The notes under the pieces: generated by a model
What the model saw: the letters and a program-made list of their open reading frames with translations, nothing else
Told to the model about the DNA's origin: nothing
Databases searched by the model: none
DNA from: an uncultured Pirellulales bacterium
Lineage (GTDB): Bacteria > Planctomycetota > Phycisphaerae > Sedimentisphaerales > Anaerobacaceae
Reading direction: 5' to 3'
DNA: 64,000 nucleotides
NCBI GenBank assembly: GCA_964579055.1
Contig: CAZOFX010000003.1
Span: 39,551 to 103,550, forward strand
Translations under genes and position numbers: made by a program
Shown here: positions 1 through 9,475 of the stretch, piece by piece
How positions within the stretch are numbered: the stretch's first letter is position 1
Layout of the letters: every line of letters starts with the position of its first letter

Positions 1-247
1 AGCGTACCTCGCCCGTCATGGCGACCACCTCGGCCGCGTTCGAGCGAATACGCGGATCGGGATTCGACAGGCCGTCGAAGACGATCTGCCGGGCCACTGT
101 CGGAGGATCACCGGGGATGGGCTGAAATGGCGGCGAAACGATCTGATTCTGGGCCGAGGAGGGGTTTTGCGCCGCCGGTTGGCATCCGCAGGCCGCAAGA
201 AGAACGCAAACGATTGAGACGATCCGAAATGACGCGCGTACGTGCAT
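1..247 (-). CDS. HEAT-repeat lipoprotein (5' part only; runs off window start)
   Basis: Not in ORF track. Manual translation from ATG at 247: MHVRASFRIVSIVCVLLAACGCQPAAQN...QIVFDGLSNPDPRIRSNAAEVVAM, i.e. a lipoprotein-type signal then a HEAT-like 'D.DPRIRSNAAE' motif; 37 nt downstream of lnt. Confidence 0.7.
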   Translation of the reverse strand, partial: MHVRASFRIVSIVCVLLAACGCQPAAQNPSSAQNQIVSPPFQPIPGDPPTVARQIVFDGLSNPDPRIRSNAAEVVAMTGEVR

Positions 248-284
248 GTCGAGAACCCTGCAAACCTGGACTGTTCCTCTGGGG

Positions 285-2081
285 TCAGGCCGACGGCTTC
301 GCCGGCTTTCGGGCCCTGCGCTGTGCCAGGCCGACGACGGCGGGCACGACCAGGACCGTGACGAACGCGACCGCACAGCCGGTGTCCAGCCACTGGCCGC
401 GACGGCTGTAGAACGTCACCCTGCTGTCTATCGGCATTTTTTCGAGGAACCATCCGGATAGGCCGGTTCGTTGCATTGCTTGAGGAGGGAGCCCCTCGCT
501 CGATGCGATCGGGGCGCTGCGGATGCGGCCGGAAGAATCGATCAGGCAACTGATGCCTGTGTTGACGCTGCGCAGCACGGGAAGTCGGTTTTCCACCGCT
601 CGAAACACGCAAATGGCAGCGTGCTGGGGCAGTTCGGCGCTTGGGATCACGCGGGGCGGCTCGTCCAGAAAGCGGACGAACCAGCCGTCGTTGCTGATAT
701 TCACGAGCCAGTCGATGCGTTTTCGGCCCTTCTTATCGAGGGCGAAATTCCTGGCGACGTACGGGATTGCGTCCTCATAACAAATGATGGTGCCGAAGTG
801 ATACGTCGATTCGGACGTTTGCGGTGCGGCGTTCGGCTCGGCGCCGCGAATCGGCGTGGTCATTTCATAGACGGTGTAGTGTGTGCCGCGTTCAAGCGAA
901 TAATCGTAGTTGTATTCCTCCGGGGCGAAACGCTTGAGCTGCTGGTAAAGCCAGTTGAAGCTGCGGCGGAAGGGGATGTACTCGCCGAACAGGACCAGGT
1001 GGATCTTGTCGTAGCGGTTCGGGTCCTTCGTCCCATCGGGCCGATAAAGATAGGCCGCGTTGTACTGGCCTACGTAAAGCTTGTCTTGGGGGTCCTTCAT
1101 GATCTCGCCGCCGTAGGCGCCGACCAGCAAATAGGCGGTGTCCTTGGCGTGAGCGATCAAGGCCTCGTGGAAGGCCCTGTCCTCATTGGGGTCCTCAAAG
1201 TAGCGCCAAAGCTCGGGTTGGAGATAAGCCTGAACCATCGTTTCGGGCCAGGCGATCAACTCGGCGCCGGCCGCCGCAGCCGCCCGGCTCATCTCCAGCA
1301 GCTCGGCGAACAACTCATCGCTGGCCGCGTGGCTGATCTTGACCGACTGGGGCACGTTCGACTGAAGCGCCGCCACCAGCGGGCCGTCCGTGATGACCTC
1401 GGCCGTCTGCCTGATGCGCCAGTGCCCGTACAGCCACGTTGCGACCACCATTATTGCGACAGAGGCGATGAGTGGCAGCCTCAAGCGCAGCTTGGGGATG
1501 GCTCCCGGCACAGGCCATCCCCAAAGCCTTCGGCTTTGAGGCTGCCACAAGCCTGCCGTCCGCCATGCGATCCAATCCACAAGGACGCCGTTGACCGCCG
1601 CGACGACGAACGAGACGCCCGCGACGCCAAAGAGGTCGGCGATCTGGATCAGCGGGAGGTTGGCGTACTGGCTATGCCCCAGTAGACGCCAGAAGAAGCC
1701 GCCCAGCGGAAAGCCCTGGAGCCGTTCGGCGCCGACGACCAGAATGGGCAACGCCAACGCCATTGGGATGTTCCAGGCCCTGCAGAAGCGGATCGCCAAT
1801 GCCAGCAGGGGCCAGAGCAGGGCCAGGTAGACGCCCATCGCAAGCCAGCCGGCAATGGTGATTGGCGCGATCCAGCAGATGTTTGCCAGCCAGTAGATCG
1901 TGCCGACAAGCCAAGCCACGAGCGCCAGCGTTCGCGGTCGCACTTCGGGCCGGCACGCCAGGGCGAACGGCCCCATCGCCGCCCACGCGAGGAACGACCA
2001 ATCGACGGGCGCCTGGATCACGCTCAGCAGCACCGCCGAGGCGGCCAGCGGAACCACCAAAGACAATACCTTCCTGGTCAT
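285..2081 (-). CDS. lnt: Apolipoprotein N-acyltransferase
   Basis: N-terminal multi-TM region plus CN-hydrolase domain: WPET, YDKIHLVLFGEYIPF, ICYEDA, ISNDGWF, FRAVENR, RSVNTGIS. Confidence 0.96.
   Translation of the reverse strand: MTRKVLSLVVPLAASAVLLSVIQAPVDWSFLAWAAMGPFALACRPEVRPRTLALVAWLVGTIYWLANICWIAPITIAGWLAMGVYLALLWPLLALAIRFCRAWNIPMALALPILVVGAERLQGFPLGGFFWRLLGHSQYANLPLIQIADLFGVAGVSFVVAAVNGVLVDWIAWRTAGLWQPQSRRLWGWPVPGAIPKLRLRLPLIASVAIMVVATWLYGHWRIRQTAEVITDGPLVAALQSNVPQSVKISHAASDELFAELLEMSRAAAAAGAELIAWPETMVQAYLQPELWRYFEDPNEDRAFHEALIAHAKDTAYLLVGAYGGEIMKDPQDKLYVGQYNAAYLYRPDGTKDPNRYDKIHLVLFGEYIPFRRSFNWLYQQLKRFAPEEYNYDYSLERGTHYTVYEMTTPIRGAEPNAAPQTSESTYHFGTIICYEDAIPYVARNFALDKKGRKRIDWLVNISNDGWFVRFLDEPPRVIPSAELPQHAAICVFRAVENRLPVLRSVNTGISCLIDSSGRIRSAPIASSEGLPPQAMQRTGLSGWFLEKMPIDSRVTFYSRRGQWLDTGCAVAFVTVLVVPAVVGLAQRRARKPAKPSA
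1472..1548. repeat. Four-way-junction palindromic element, copy 1 (in frame inside lnt)
   Basis: Perfect 13-bp outer arms gtggcagcctcaa/ttgaggctgccac, inner arms ttggggatggc/gccatccccaa; matches copies at 16327 and 58437. Confidence 0.9.
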
Positions 2082-2350
2082 CGAGAATCGTCGCCGTCGT
2101 TGTTCAGGGCTCGGTTTCGCGGTTCAATCATGGCGACATTCTATAGCCTCAGCGACCTTTGGCAAGGGCCTGCCGCGATCCGGCGTCTCGGGCCACCCGT
2201 TCAATTAACCGCGAGAAACCTGAAGACGATGTAACACATGCTGCCGCCGTCCGTCTTAACCTCTGGCGAAGCGCAACACGGCTTCGTACGTTGGCAAAAA
2301 GGCGAGAAAGGTGCGGACACACTGGGTGCATACCTGAAAGGAGAGTCTCC

Positions 2351-2644
2351 ATGTGCAAGCTCGTTGATCTCAAAAGTGCCATCATTGGTGGACTGATCGT
2401 CTCGCTGGTGATCTGTGCGATCGGCGCCGTGCGTCACGCCTCGAGCGATGATTACGGGCGCTTCCAGATTGCGACGAATCCGGACCACGGCTTCGTCCTG
2501 GACACAGCTACGGGGCAGGTCTGGACACTTCAGACGGGGATCGCGGGCGGGATGGGGGTCATCAATACACCGCCGCACACCGAGTTGGAGTTCTACGATC
2601 CCAAGACCTACGACATCATCCCCGCGGACCCCAACTGGCCGTAA
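2351..2644 (+). CDS. Small hypothetical membrane-anchored/secreted protein
   Basis: ATG at 2351 after aaggagag; hydrophobic N-terminus, GRFQI...VLDTATGQVW. Confidence 0.7.
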   Translation: MCKLVDLKSAIIGGLIVSLVICAIGAVRHASSDDYGRFQIATNPDHGFVLDTATGQVWTLQTGIAGGMGVINTPPHTELEFYDPKTYDIIPADPNWP

Positions 2645-2793
2645 TTCGGCTGCTCGGCTGTCCATGTCCCTGTGACGCTTCGCGTATCTCGTCCGAGGGG
2701 ACTGGTCCCCGACAGGCAGGCCGGTTATCATGCTTCGTGCGTGGGACGAGAGGGCGGTACAGGCGTGGTCGTTTTGCGGGGTCCTCACAGGCT

Positions 2794-3447
2794 ATGGTGA
2801 CAGGGGTGTCGCAGGATGTGGTGGCGCGGTTCGTGGAGGCTTGTCACGAGGTCGGCCGGCGCGGGCTGGTGCGTTGCAGCAGTGGAAACCTCTCGCAGCG
2901 CATCGATGACGGGCGCATGCTCGTGACAGCGACGCGAAGCTGGCTGGGCCTGCTGACCAGCGAGGACGCAGCGCTGTGCCGGATCGAGGACGGCGCGTGC
3001 CTGGACGGCAGGCGCCCAACGGTCGAAGTGAACCTCCACGCCGGCATACTCCGCGCCCGGCCTGAGATCGACGTCGTGCTGCACTTCCAGTCGCCCCATG
3101 CGACGACACTGGCCTGCTGCGTTTCGCGTGACGTCAATTTCTTCGTGATCCCCGAAATCCCGTTCTACATCGGTCCGATCGGGCATGTGGCGTATCTGCC
3201 GCCCGGCTCGCAGGAGCTGGCCTGCGCAGTGGTTGAGGTGATGCGGGATCACAACCTGGCGCTGATGGCCAACCACGGACAGGTGACAGTCGCACAGGGC
3301 TTCGATCACGCAATCCAGAACGCCGAGTTCTTCGAACTGGCCTGCCAGACAATCGTCCAGGGAGGCGACAAGGTGACCCCGCTGCCCGACGAAGCCGCCC
3401 GCGAATTGATAGCCCTCGGCTCGAAGGCGACCCGCGCCGCCGTTTAA
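2794..3447 (+). CDS. Class II aldolase/adducin family protein
   Basis: SSGNLS, PTVEVNLHAGI, HFQSPHAT, MANHGQV motifs; start chosen at ATG 2794. Confidence 0.9.
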   Translation: MVTGVSQDVVARFVEACHEVGRRGLVRCSSGNLSQRIDDGRMLVTATRSWLGLLTSEDAALCRIEDGACLDGRRPTVEVNLHAGILRARPEIDVVLHFQSPHATTLACCVSRDVNFFVIPEIPFYIGPIGHVAYLPPGSQELACAVVEVMRDHNLALMANHGQVTVAQGFDHAIQNAEFFELACQTIVQGGDKVTPLPDEAARELIALGSKATRAAV

Positions 3448-3518
3448 TGCAGACCGTATCCACCTTCCGGGCATTGGATATGCGTCCGGTCGAATGCGAC
3501 ACAACCGGACCAGGAACG

Positions 3519-3539
3519 CTACCTGCGAATCGCAGGTAG
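3519..3539. repeat. Perfect 9-bp hairpin downstream of aldolase
   Basis: ctacctgcg-aat-cgcaggtag. Confidence 0.6.
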
Positions 3540-3571
3540 GTGTTGCGATAGATGGATTGGTTCCAGAAGCC

Positions 3572-3660
3572 GTAGGGTGTGCATCGCACACCACGTCAGG
3601 GAGATGCAATGGAATTGGTGTGCGACGCACACCCTACGCCGCCTGACACCCTACGCGGCC
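3572..3660. repeat. Inverted pair of GTAG REP-like hairpins (REPIN-like) plus partial third copy
   Basis: gtagggtgtgcatcgcacacc (3572-3592), ggtgtgcgacgcacaccctac (3617-3637), caccctacgcggc (3647-3659). Confidence 0.85.
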
Positions 3661-3839
3661 AGCGGCCTTTCTGGTGCGCGTATTGACCGCATTGATGACC
3701 GGGCGTGTTGCGGTCGAGACGCCCGTTGTGTTATTGTGTACTGTATGGCGAGTAGCCGTGCCGATTCAGACATTAGAGGCGGAGCCCCAGCCAACGAAGC
3801 TGTGATTGGCTGATCCAAGAGTGAGAGGAGAATTCCGCC

Positions 3840-4352
3840 ATGTGTACCGACCCCTCGGTGGACGACAAGAAGTATCGCCAGGCGCTGGAGCACTATGCGC
3901 TGGTATGTCAGGTAAGTGAGAACCTTCGCCAGAGATGCCCGGATGCGCCAGTATCTGAGAAAGAGGCGAAGACTATGGAGAGAGCCATGTCGCTGCAAGA
4001 GGATATTGACATGTGGCAGTGGGACACCCCGGACGCCGTCGTCGCGACCGAGGATCGCGAAGATGTTGAGAAAGTCATAGACAACATGTGTCAGGGGCCC
4101 CCCGCGTGGGTCCATGGGAGCATCCCCGATGTTCTGTTCGTGTCCTTCTCCAGTTTGCCTGCCGATAAGAAGAGTACGTTTAGTCGTAGTCCATGCGAGC
4201 GGACCACGATCTCGTTCTACAATGGGAATCGGTGCTTTGCCGACCTCCTGTTCTATTTTGACGCCCCTTTGGCGGCGGCAGGGCTGAGGATATACCTGTT
4301 CAAACACGAGGGCCGATGGAAGGTGTGCTATTGCAGCCTCTGGAGGTCCTAG
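3840..4352 (+). CDS. Hypothetical protein
   Basis: 170-aa ORF with gaggag RBS upstream; no recognisable family. Confidence 0.65.
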   Translation: MCTDPSVDDKKYRQALEHYALVCQVSENLRQRCPDAPVSEKEAKTMERAMSLQEDIDMWQWDTPDAVVATEDREDVEKVIDNMCQGPPAWVHGSIPDVLFVSFSSLPADKKSTFSRSPCERTTISFYNGNRCFADLLFYFDAPLAAAGLRIYLFKHEGRWKVCYCSLWRS

Positions 4353-4374
4353 GTCGAAGGGATGCGATAGCATC

Positions 4375-4400
4375 GGTGTGCGATGCACACCCTACGCGGC
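4375..4400 (-). repeat. GTAG REP-like hairpin
   Basis: ggtgtgcgatgcacaccctacgcggc; its first 21 nt are the reverse complement of 3572-3592. Confidence 0.85.
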
Positions 4401-4630
4401 TGGCCGACGCGACCGTCGCGGTCATGCGGAACCACAACCTTACGCTGATGGCCAATCATGGGCAAGTCACGGTTGCACGCGACTTCGACCATGCGATCCA
4501 GAACGCGGAGTTCTTCGAGCTGGCCTGCCAAATCATCATCGAAGGCGGTGACAAGGTGACGCCGTTGTCGGAGGAAGCCGCTCGCGAGCTGATGGACCTC
4601 GGGCAGAAAGCTGCGTGTGCGGCCGTTTGA
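4400..4630 (+). pseudogene. Orphan 3' fragment of class II aldolase (diverged duplicate of 3217-3447)
   Basis: 76 codons plus stop; 59/76 aa identical to the C-terminus of 2794..3447 by hand alignment; begins directly at the REP. Confidence 0.85.
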
Positions 4631-4656
4631 ATTGCGAGCGATAGACCGCGTGACGT

Positions 4657-5934
4657 TCAGTGCGACGCAGCCGCTGGACGGGGGCTGGCGTCGACGAGTT
4701 CGAGAATGTGCGCGACGAGGATCTCGCCGGTTCGCTCTCCCAGACACGTACGCGTGATGTACTCGTAGCGCTCGAAGCTGTCGAAGTCCTCCTTGGTGAG
4801 GATGTAGCCGAAGGCGTCGTTGGTCAGGCCGAGCAGGAAGTTGTGCCGGCCGTGCATCTTGCGCTTGAGGTAGTAGCCGATGTTGGGCAGCGCCTCGCCC
4901 GGGATCGTCGCCATCTGGGCGTCGCCGAGGTTCACCACGTGGATCCGTGTGGCGACGCCGCCCTCGTCGTCCAGCTTGAAGCCCAGCGGCGAGAGCTGCA
5001 CGACGGCGCGCAGCATGTCGTTCTCGACCGGCAAGCGGACGGTCGTGTTTTCGCACAGCATTGCTGGATCGTCCTGGATCGGTGCATCGCCGACGATGCG
5101 CAGCGCCTCATCGGCCAGCAGGTGGCCGATTCGAATGCACTCGTCCCACGTCCGCATGTCTTCGCCGTCCGGCCCGCGGCAGTCGGCGGTGACCATGCCA
5201 CCCTGTGCGGAGTTCATGAAGATTCCTGTGCCGCCGCCTTGGGCTTCGATCCGGTCGTACACGGGGCCGACGAAATCGGGACTGAGAATGCCCTGGTCCG
5301 AGCCGAGCACTTCCGGATGGCAGGCGTAGTTGACGAGTGTGGCGATTGGCTTGCGGTCCTGGCCGAGCACCTGGACGACGTGACATCGCGGATCGTACAG
5401 CTTCTCGGCGTAGTAGTTGTAGGCGATCTTGCCTTGAGCATTACCGGTGGCGATCTTGACCGCCGCCGGCTGGAGACCGGCGGCTGCGGCGTCGATCGCC
5501 TGCGCCAGCGCCGAACAGACGCTGTCGAGATAGGCCAGATCGCACGAGGTCCGGCCCGTCTGGTCGGGGAAGCCATAACAGTCGGGGGCGCTGTGCGTGT
5601 GCGTCGCGCCGATCAGGATGTTGTCGGCCGGCACGCGCGAGACCTGCGCGCGGACCTTCTCGCACAACACGCCCGGAAAGCCGAGGAAGTCGGTGCTGCA
5701 AATGGCGACGCGGGTCCCGTCCTGCTCCAGCACCAGCGTGCGGACAGTCAGCTCACCCATCTTCTTCGTTGTAGGACTGGATGGTCCAACCCCGCCCGAG
5801 ACGGGCAGCAGCTTCTCGGGCGTTACGCAGCGCACCGCAATCGCCGCGCGAAATTCGCCCGCCGCCGGCGCTACAGACAGTAAGCCCATCGCTGTTACGA
5901 CAAATGCTGCTCTTAGAAGTCGCCTGTGTCCCAT
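4657..5934 (-). CDS. Neutral/alkaline ceramidase-like secreted protein
   Basis: Signal peptide; ATHTHSAPD, NYACHPE, GEAL, GLTNDAFGY motifs. Confidence 0.8.
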   Translation of the reverse strand: MGHRRLLRAAFVVTAMGLLSVAPAAGEFRAAIAVRCVTPEKLLPVSGGVGPSSPTTKKMGELTVRTLVLEQDGTRVAICSTDFLGFPGVLCEKVRAQVSRVPADNILIGATHTHSAPDCYGFPDQTGRTSCDLAYLDSVCSALAQAIDAAAAGLQPAAVKIATGNAQGKIAYNYYAEKLYDPRCHVVQVLGQDRKPIATLVNYACHPEVLGSDQGILSPDFVGPVYDRIEAQGGGTGIFMNSAQGGMVTADCRGPDGEDMRTWDECIRIGHLLADEALRIVGDAPIQDDPAMLCENTTVRLPVENDMLRAVVQLSPLGFKLDDEGGVATRIHVVNLGDAQMATIPGEALPNIGYYLKRKMHGRHNFLLGLTNDAFGYILTKEDFDSFERYEYITRTCLGERTGEILVAHILELVDASPRPAAASH

Positions 5935-6140
5935 TTGCGCCTCCGTCACCGTGTCTTTCGGTCGTTGCGGGCACCTGAACCACTCCCATGATTATCAGTT
6001 CCGCACGCTCTGCGTCAAGCGGGCGCTTCTTGCGCTTCAAGATTCCTGGGACTCGCCCTTTCGAGTCGTTTCGGTCATACTGTAGGGAATTGCGGTGAAT
6101 CCAGCGCCGTGCGGACATGGTCTTGGAGATGGAGATAGCT

Positions 6141-6794
6141 ATGGACAAGACGGGTGTCATTTCGGAATGCGGCCGCAAAGGGGTCGATCTCGACACCATC
6201 GCCCAACAGGTCGTCGAGCGTCCCGAGCGCATTGCCGATCTGGTCGATGCGTTGCAGAGCGAGAAGGGCACCGCTCGATACACGTATGAGAAGGTGCTGC
6301 GCCGCGTCAGCGAGCGCCGGCCCGAGTTGGTGTATCCCTGGTTCGACGCGTTCGCCGCGATGCTCGACCACGACAACAGCTTCCTGAAGTGGGGCGCGAT
6401 CATGACGATCGCCAACCTGACGGCGGTCGACTCGGAGGGAAGGTTCGAAACGATCTTCGAGAAGTACTATGCTCCGATCGGCGGGCCAGTCATGGTCACG
6501 GCAGCCAACATCATCGGCAGCTCACCGAAGATCGCACGGGCCAAGCCGCACCTTGCCGAGCGGATCGCTCGGGAGATTCTCAAAGTCCGCAAGGCGAAAT
6601 ACGACAGCCACGGTCGCCCTTCACCCGAGTGCCGCAACGTGGCCATCGGACACGCCGTCGAGGCGTTCGACGGGTTCTTCGACCAGATCAGCGACAAGGC
6701 GTCCGTTCTCGAGTTCGTGAAGAGCCAGCTCAAGAACACTCGCAAACCCGTCGTCAAGAAGGCCGAGAGATTTCTCCACGCGCACAAGATATAA
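6141..6794 (+). CDS. Hypothetical helical-repeat (HEAT/ARM-like) protein
   Basis: Typical codon usage, ggaga RBS, helical repeat-like sequence. Confidence 0.7.
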   Translation: MDKTGVISECGRKGVDLDTIAQQVVERPERIADLVDALQSEKGTARYTYEKVLRRVSERRPELVYPWFDAFAAMLDHDNSFLKWGAIMTIANLTAVDSEGRFETIFEKYYAPIGGPVMVTAANIIGSSPKIARAKPHLAERIAREILKVRKAKYDSHGRPSPECRNVAIGHAVEAFDGFFDQISDKASVLEFVKSQLKNTRKPVVKKAERFLHAHKI

Positions 6795-6876
6795 GGTGCA
6801 ATCCGAGAATGAGGCCACGATGTTTGCGGCCTTGCGTTCGCATCGCCGCCTCGGCAGTCAAAACCGCTGTCGCAGA

Positions 6877-8295
6877 TCAAACCTTGGTCAGGTCGAAACC
6901 GGTCCGGTATTGGGCCTCAACGAACATCTGGGCTTCGGGCACGTTGGTGACCTTCATGTTGGGGCCGTCCCAGAGGATCTTCCGGCCCGCGCGGATGGCG
7001 ACGTTGCCGAGCAGGACGAATTCCGTCAGGCGGGCGGCGTAGCTGAAATCGCTGCACGCCTTCGGCCCGCCCTTGCAGGCGTCGAGCCAGTCGCGATGGT
7101 GACCCTTGCTTCGCGGCAGCACCTGCGGAGGCCGGCCGTACGCGCGCATCTTCGACTCGGGGATGATGCGTGGCGACTGGCTCCAGCCGCCGCCCATGAT
7201 CGTCCCCTTGTCGCCGATGAGCAGGACACCGTTGCCTTCGTTGCCCAGCCGCCGGCCCTTCTCCAACTCCTTTGGGCGTGGTGGCATCAGGTCTCCGTCA
7301 TACCAGTGGACTGTCACCGGCCCACGGTCGCCTTCGGCGCCGAACTCCCAGACGACGTGGTTGTTGCCGCCGATGACCTCAGAATCCACGAAGTCGGTCT
7401 GGATGGCTTCGACGCTGATCGGATGGCCCAGCTTCAGCGCGGCAAACGCCGGATCGAGATTGTGGACCGACATGTCTCCGACGGCGCCGGTACCGAACGC
7501 CCACCAGCCGCGCCAGTTGTACGGGGCGTAAGCGGGGTGGTAGGGGCGGTCCGGCTTGGGACCGAGCCACAGCTTCCAGTCGAATCCCGCCGGCACTGGG
7601 GGCCGGTCCGTCGGGCGGCCGCGACCGCTCGACCAGCCGCCGGTATTGCTCCAGGCGTGGACCTCGCGGACCTTGCCGATCGCGCCGTCCCAGACCATCT
7701 CGCAAGTCAGGCGGTTGCCGTCGTCGCTGCGGCCCTGATTGCCCATCTGGGTGGCGACGCCTGCTTCGGCCGCCGCCTTGGCAACGGTGCGGGCCTCGTA
7801 GATATTGAGCGTCAGGGGTTTCTCGCAGTAGACGTGCTTGCCGCGATGAATGGCGGCGATGCAGACGTAGGCGTGGACGTGGTCTGGCGTCGCGCACAGC
7901 ACGGCGTCGATGTTCTTTTCCTTGTCCAGCAGCTCGCGGAAATCGAGATAGTCGTTGCACCGGAAGGCGGGATTGCCCTGGCGGTAGTGCCACTCGACCT
8001 CGGCCTTGACCGGCAGACGCCCGGCGACGCCTTGATAGTACCATTGGCTGTAGTCCGCCTGGTCCATCGGGTCGGCCACCGCAACGATCTGCGCATCGTC
8101 GTGGGCGAACAGCCCTCGGGCGTTGCTGCGCCCCTGGCCGCCGCAACCGATGACCGCGATGTACACCTTCTCGCTGGGCGCGACGAACTTCGGACCGCCC
8201 AGTACGAATCGCGGCACGATGGTGAATCCTGCCGCCGCACCTGCCGCCGACCCGAGGAACTGCCGCCGTGTGAGTCTCGATCTCTTGTTGCTCAT
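6877..8295 (-). CDS. Gfo/Idh/MocA family oxidoreductase (Tat signal)
   Basis: TRRQFL; IGCGGQG; ATPDHVH; YCEKPL; QMGNQ. Confidence 0.93.
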   Translation of the reverse strand: MSNKRSRLTRRQFLGSAAGAAAGFTIVPRFVLGGPKFVAPSEKVYIAVIGCGGQGRSNARGLFAHDDAQIVAVADPMDQADYSQWYYQGVAGRLPVKAEVEWHYRQGNPAFRCNDYLDFRELLDKEKNIDAVLCATPDHVHAYVCIAAIHRGKHVYCEKPLTLNIYEARTVAKAAAEAGVATQMGNQGRSDDGNRLTCEMVWDGAIGKVREVHAWSNTGGWSSGRGRPTDRPPVPAGFDWKLWLGPKPDRPYHPAYAPYNWRGWWAFGTGAVGDMSVHNLDPAFAALKLGHPISVEAIQTDFVDSEVIGGNNHVVWEFGAEGDRGPVTVHWYDGDLMPPRPKELEKGRRLGNEGNGVLLIGDKGTIMGGGWSQSPRIIPESKMRAYGRPPQVLPRSKGHHRDWLDACKGGPKACSDFSYAARLTEFVLLGNVAIRAGRKILWDGPNMKVTNVPEAQMFVEAQYRTGFDLTKV

Positions 8296-8426
8296 AGTGC
8301 TCTCTCAACGATTGAAGGGTGAGTCTGTGTGCCAATCGGAGATTACCATACACCGGGCGGCGTTCGCAAACAAGCGTACCATCCCCGATCGCGATGTGTA
8401 TCGGGATTGAGGCTGCTGCTCGCAGG

Positions 8427-8454
8427 GAAAGGGCGAGGCATGCCTCGCCCCTAC
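8427..8454 (-). repeat. GTAG REP-like hairpin (GGGCGAGGCATGCCTCGCCC family)
   Basis: gggcgaggcatgcctcgccc-ctac; sister copy at 50971. Confidence 0.8.
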
Positions 8455-8612
8455 CAGCAGATGCGCGAAGAAAGGGAGGTGTCTGTGTGTTTTTGCTTGC
8501 CTTTGGGGGGTGATGTTGGCATAGTGTGGACGAGGCGCGGGGCACGCTCAATAATATGAAGACCGCATCAGGCGAGGATTTCCATTTTGAGGCGTTCAGG
8601 GAGTATTGCAGC

Positions 8613-9347
8613 ATGCGAATCACAGCATTCAACAGCAGTCCGAGGAAGGACCGGGGCAATACGCACGTCATGGTGAGAGAGTTTCTTGCCGGGGCGCGGG
8701 AGGCGGGCGCCGAGGTCGAAAACGTGTTTCTCTGCGACTACGAGATCAAGCCTTGCACCGCCTGCTATAGCTGCTGGACGGCAACGCCGGGCCGTTGCAG
8801 TCTGACCGACGGCATGGCGGGCCTGCTGGCGAAGTTCCTGGCTTCGGATACCGTCGTGTTCGCCAGTCCGGTGTACGTGGACAATGTCACCGGGCCGATG
8901 AAGATGTTCATGGACCGGCTGATCCCGGTTGCCGACCCGCACATGGAAGCGGATCGGGCCGGGGAGACGCGACACCGCCGCAAGCACGACAGGCCGACGG
9001 GCATCGTCGCCATCTCCAATTGCGGATATCCCGAGCAGAGCCACTTCCAGGTCCTGCGTCTGCTGTACCGGCGGATGGCCCGAAACTTCCACTGCGAGCT
9101 GATCGGCGAGATCTACCGGGGTGGCGGGGGGCTTCTGACGTCGCCAATCCCTCAGCTCCGTCCGGCCATCGAGGCCTACGAGCGTCTGCTGCGAGACGCC
9201 GGACAGCAGATTGTCGCCGCCGGCCGGGTTTCCGAGCAAACGGTCGCCCGGCTCGAAGAACCTCTGGCTCCCATCCAGGCCGACGTCGCACAGTACATCC
9301 AGCGCGTCAATCAGATGTGGGACAACCGGCGTCCGAAGACGCGATGA
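8613..9347 (+). CDS. Flavodoxin-family / NADPH-dependent FMN reductase (iron-sulfur flavoprotein-like)
   Basis: MRITAFNSSPRKDRGNT, CTACYSCW...C, VFASPVY, KMFMDR. Confidence 0.9.
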   Translation: MRITAFNSSPRKDRGNTHVMVREFLAGAREAGAEVENVFLCDYEIKPCTACYSCWTATPGRCSLTDGMAGLLAKFLASDTVVFASPVYVDNVTGPMKMFMDRLIPVADPHMEADRAGETRHRRKHDRPTGIVAISNCGYPEQSHFQVLRLLYRRMARNFHCELIGEIYRGGGGLLTSPIPQLRPAIEAYERLLRDAGQQIVAAGRVSEQTVARLEEPLAPIQADVAQYIQRVNQMWDNRRPKTR

Positions 9348-9396
9348 CAGAGGCCCTCCAAGCCGGGCCGGAAGAGTTGAGAGCGGCTGGAGTCTA

Positions 9397-9425
9397 TTGC
9401 CATCGGCAGCGCGCCAGGTTACGAT
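9397..9425 (+). promoter_or_regulatory. Putative sigma70 promoter for DUF4056 operon
   Basis: TTGCCA-N17-TACGAT. Confidence 0.55.
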
Positions 9426-9475
9426 ACGCGTCAATCATGAAACAATCGTCTCAATGAGATTGGCTTGGGGTATCG

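Noticed and set aside
16-612. 198-aa minus-strand ORF in the track
   Set aside because: Out-of-frame overlap with lnt; the frame starting at 247 gives a sensible lipoprotein instead
4316-4630. 104-aa ORF as an intact gene
   Set aside because: Its N-terminus is REP-derived; only the aldolase C-terminal fragment is real
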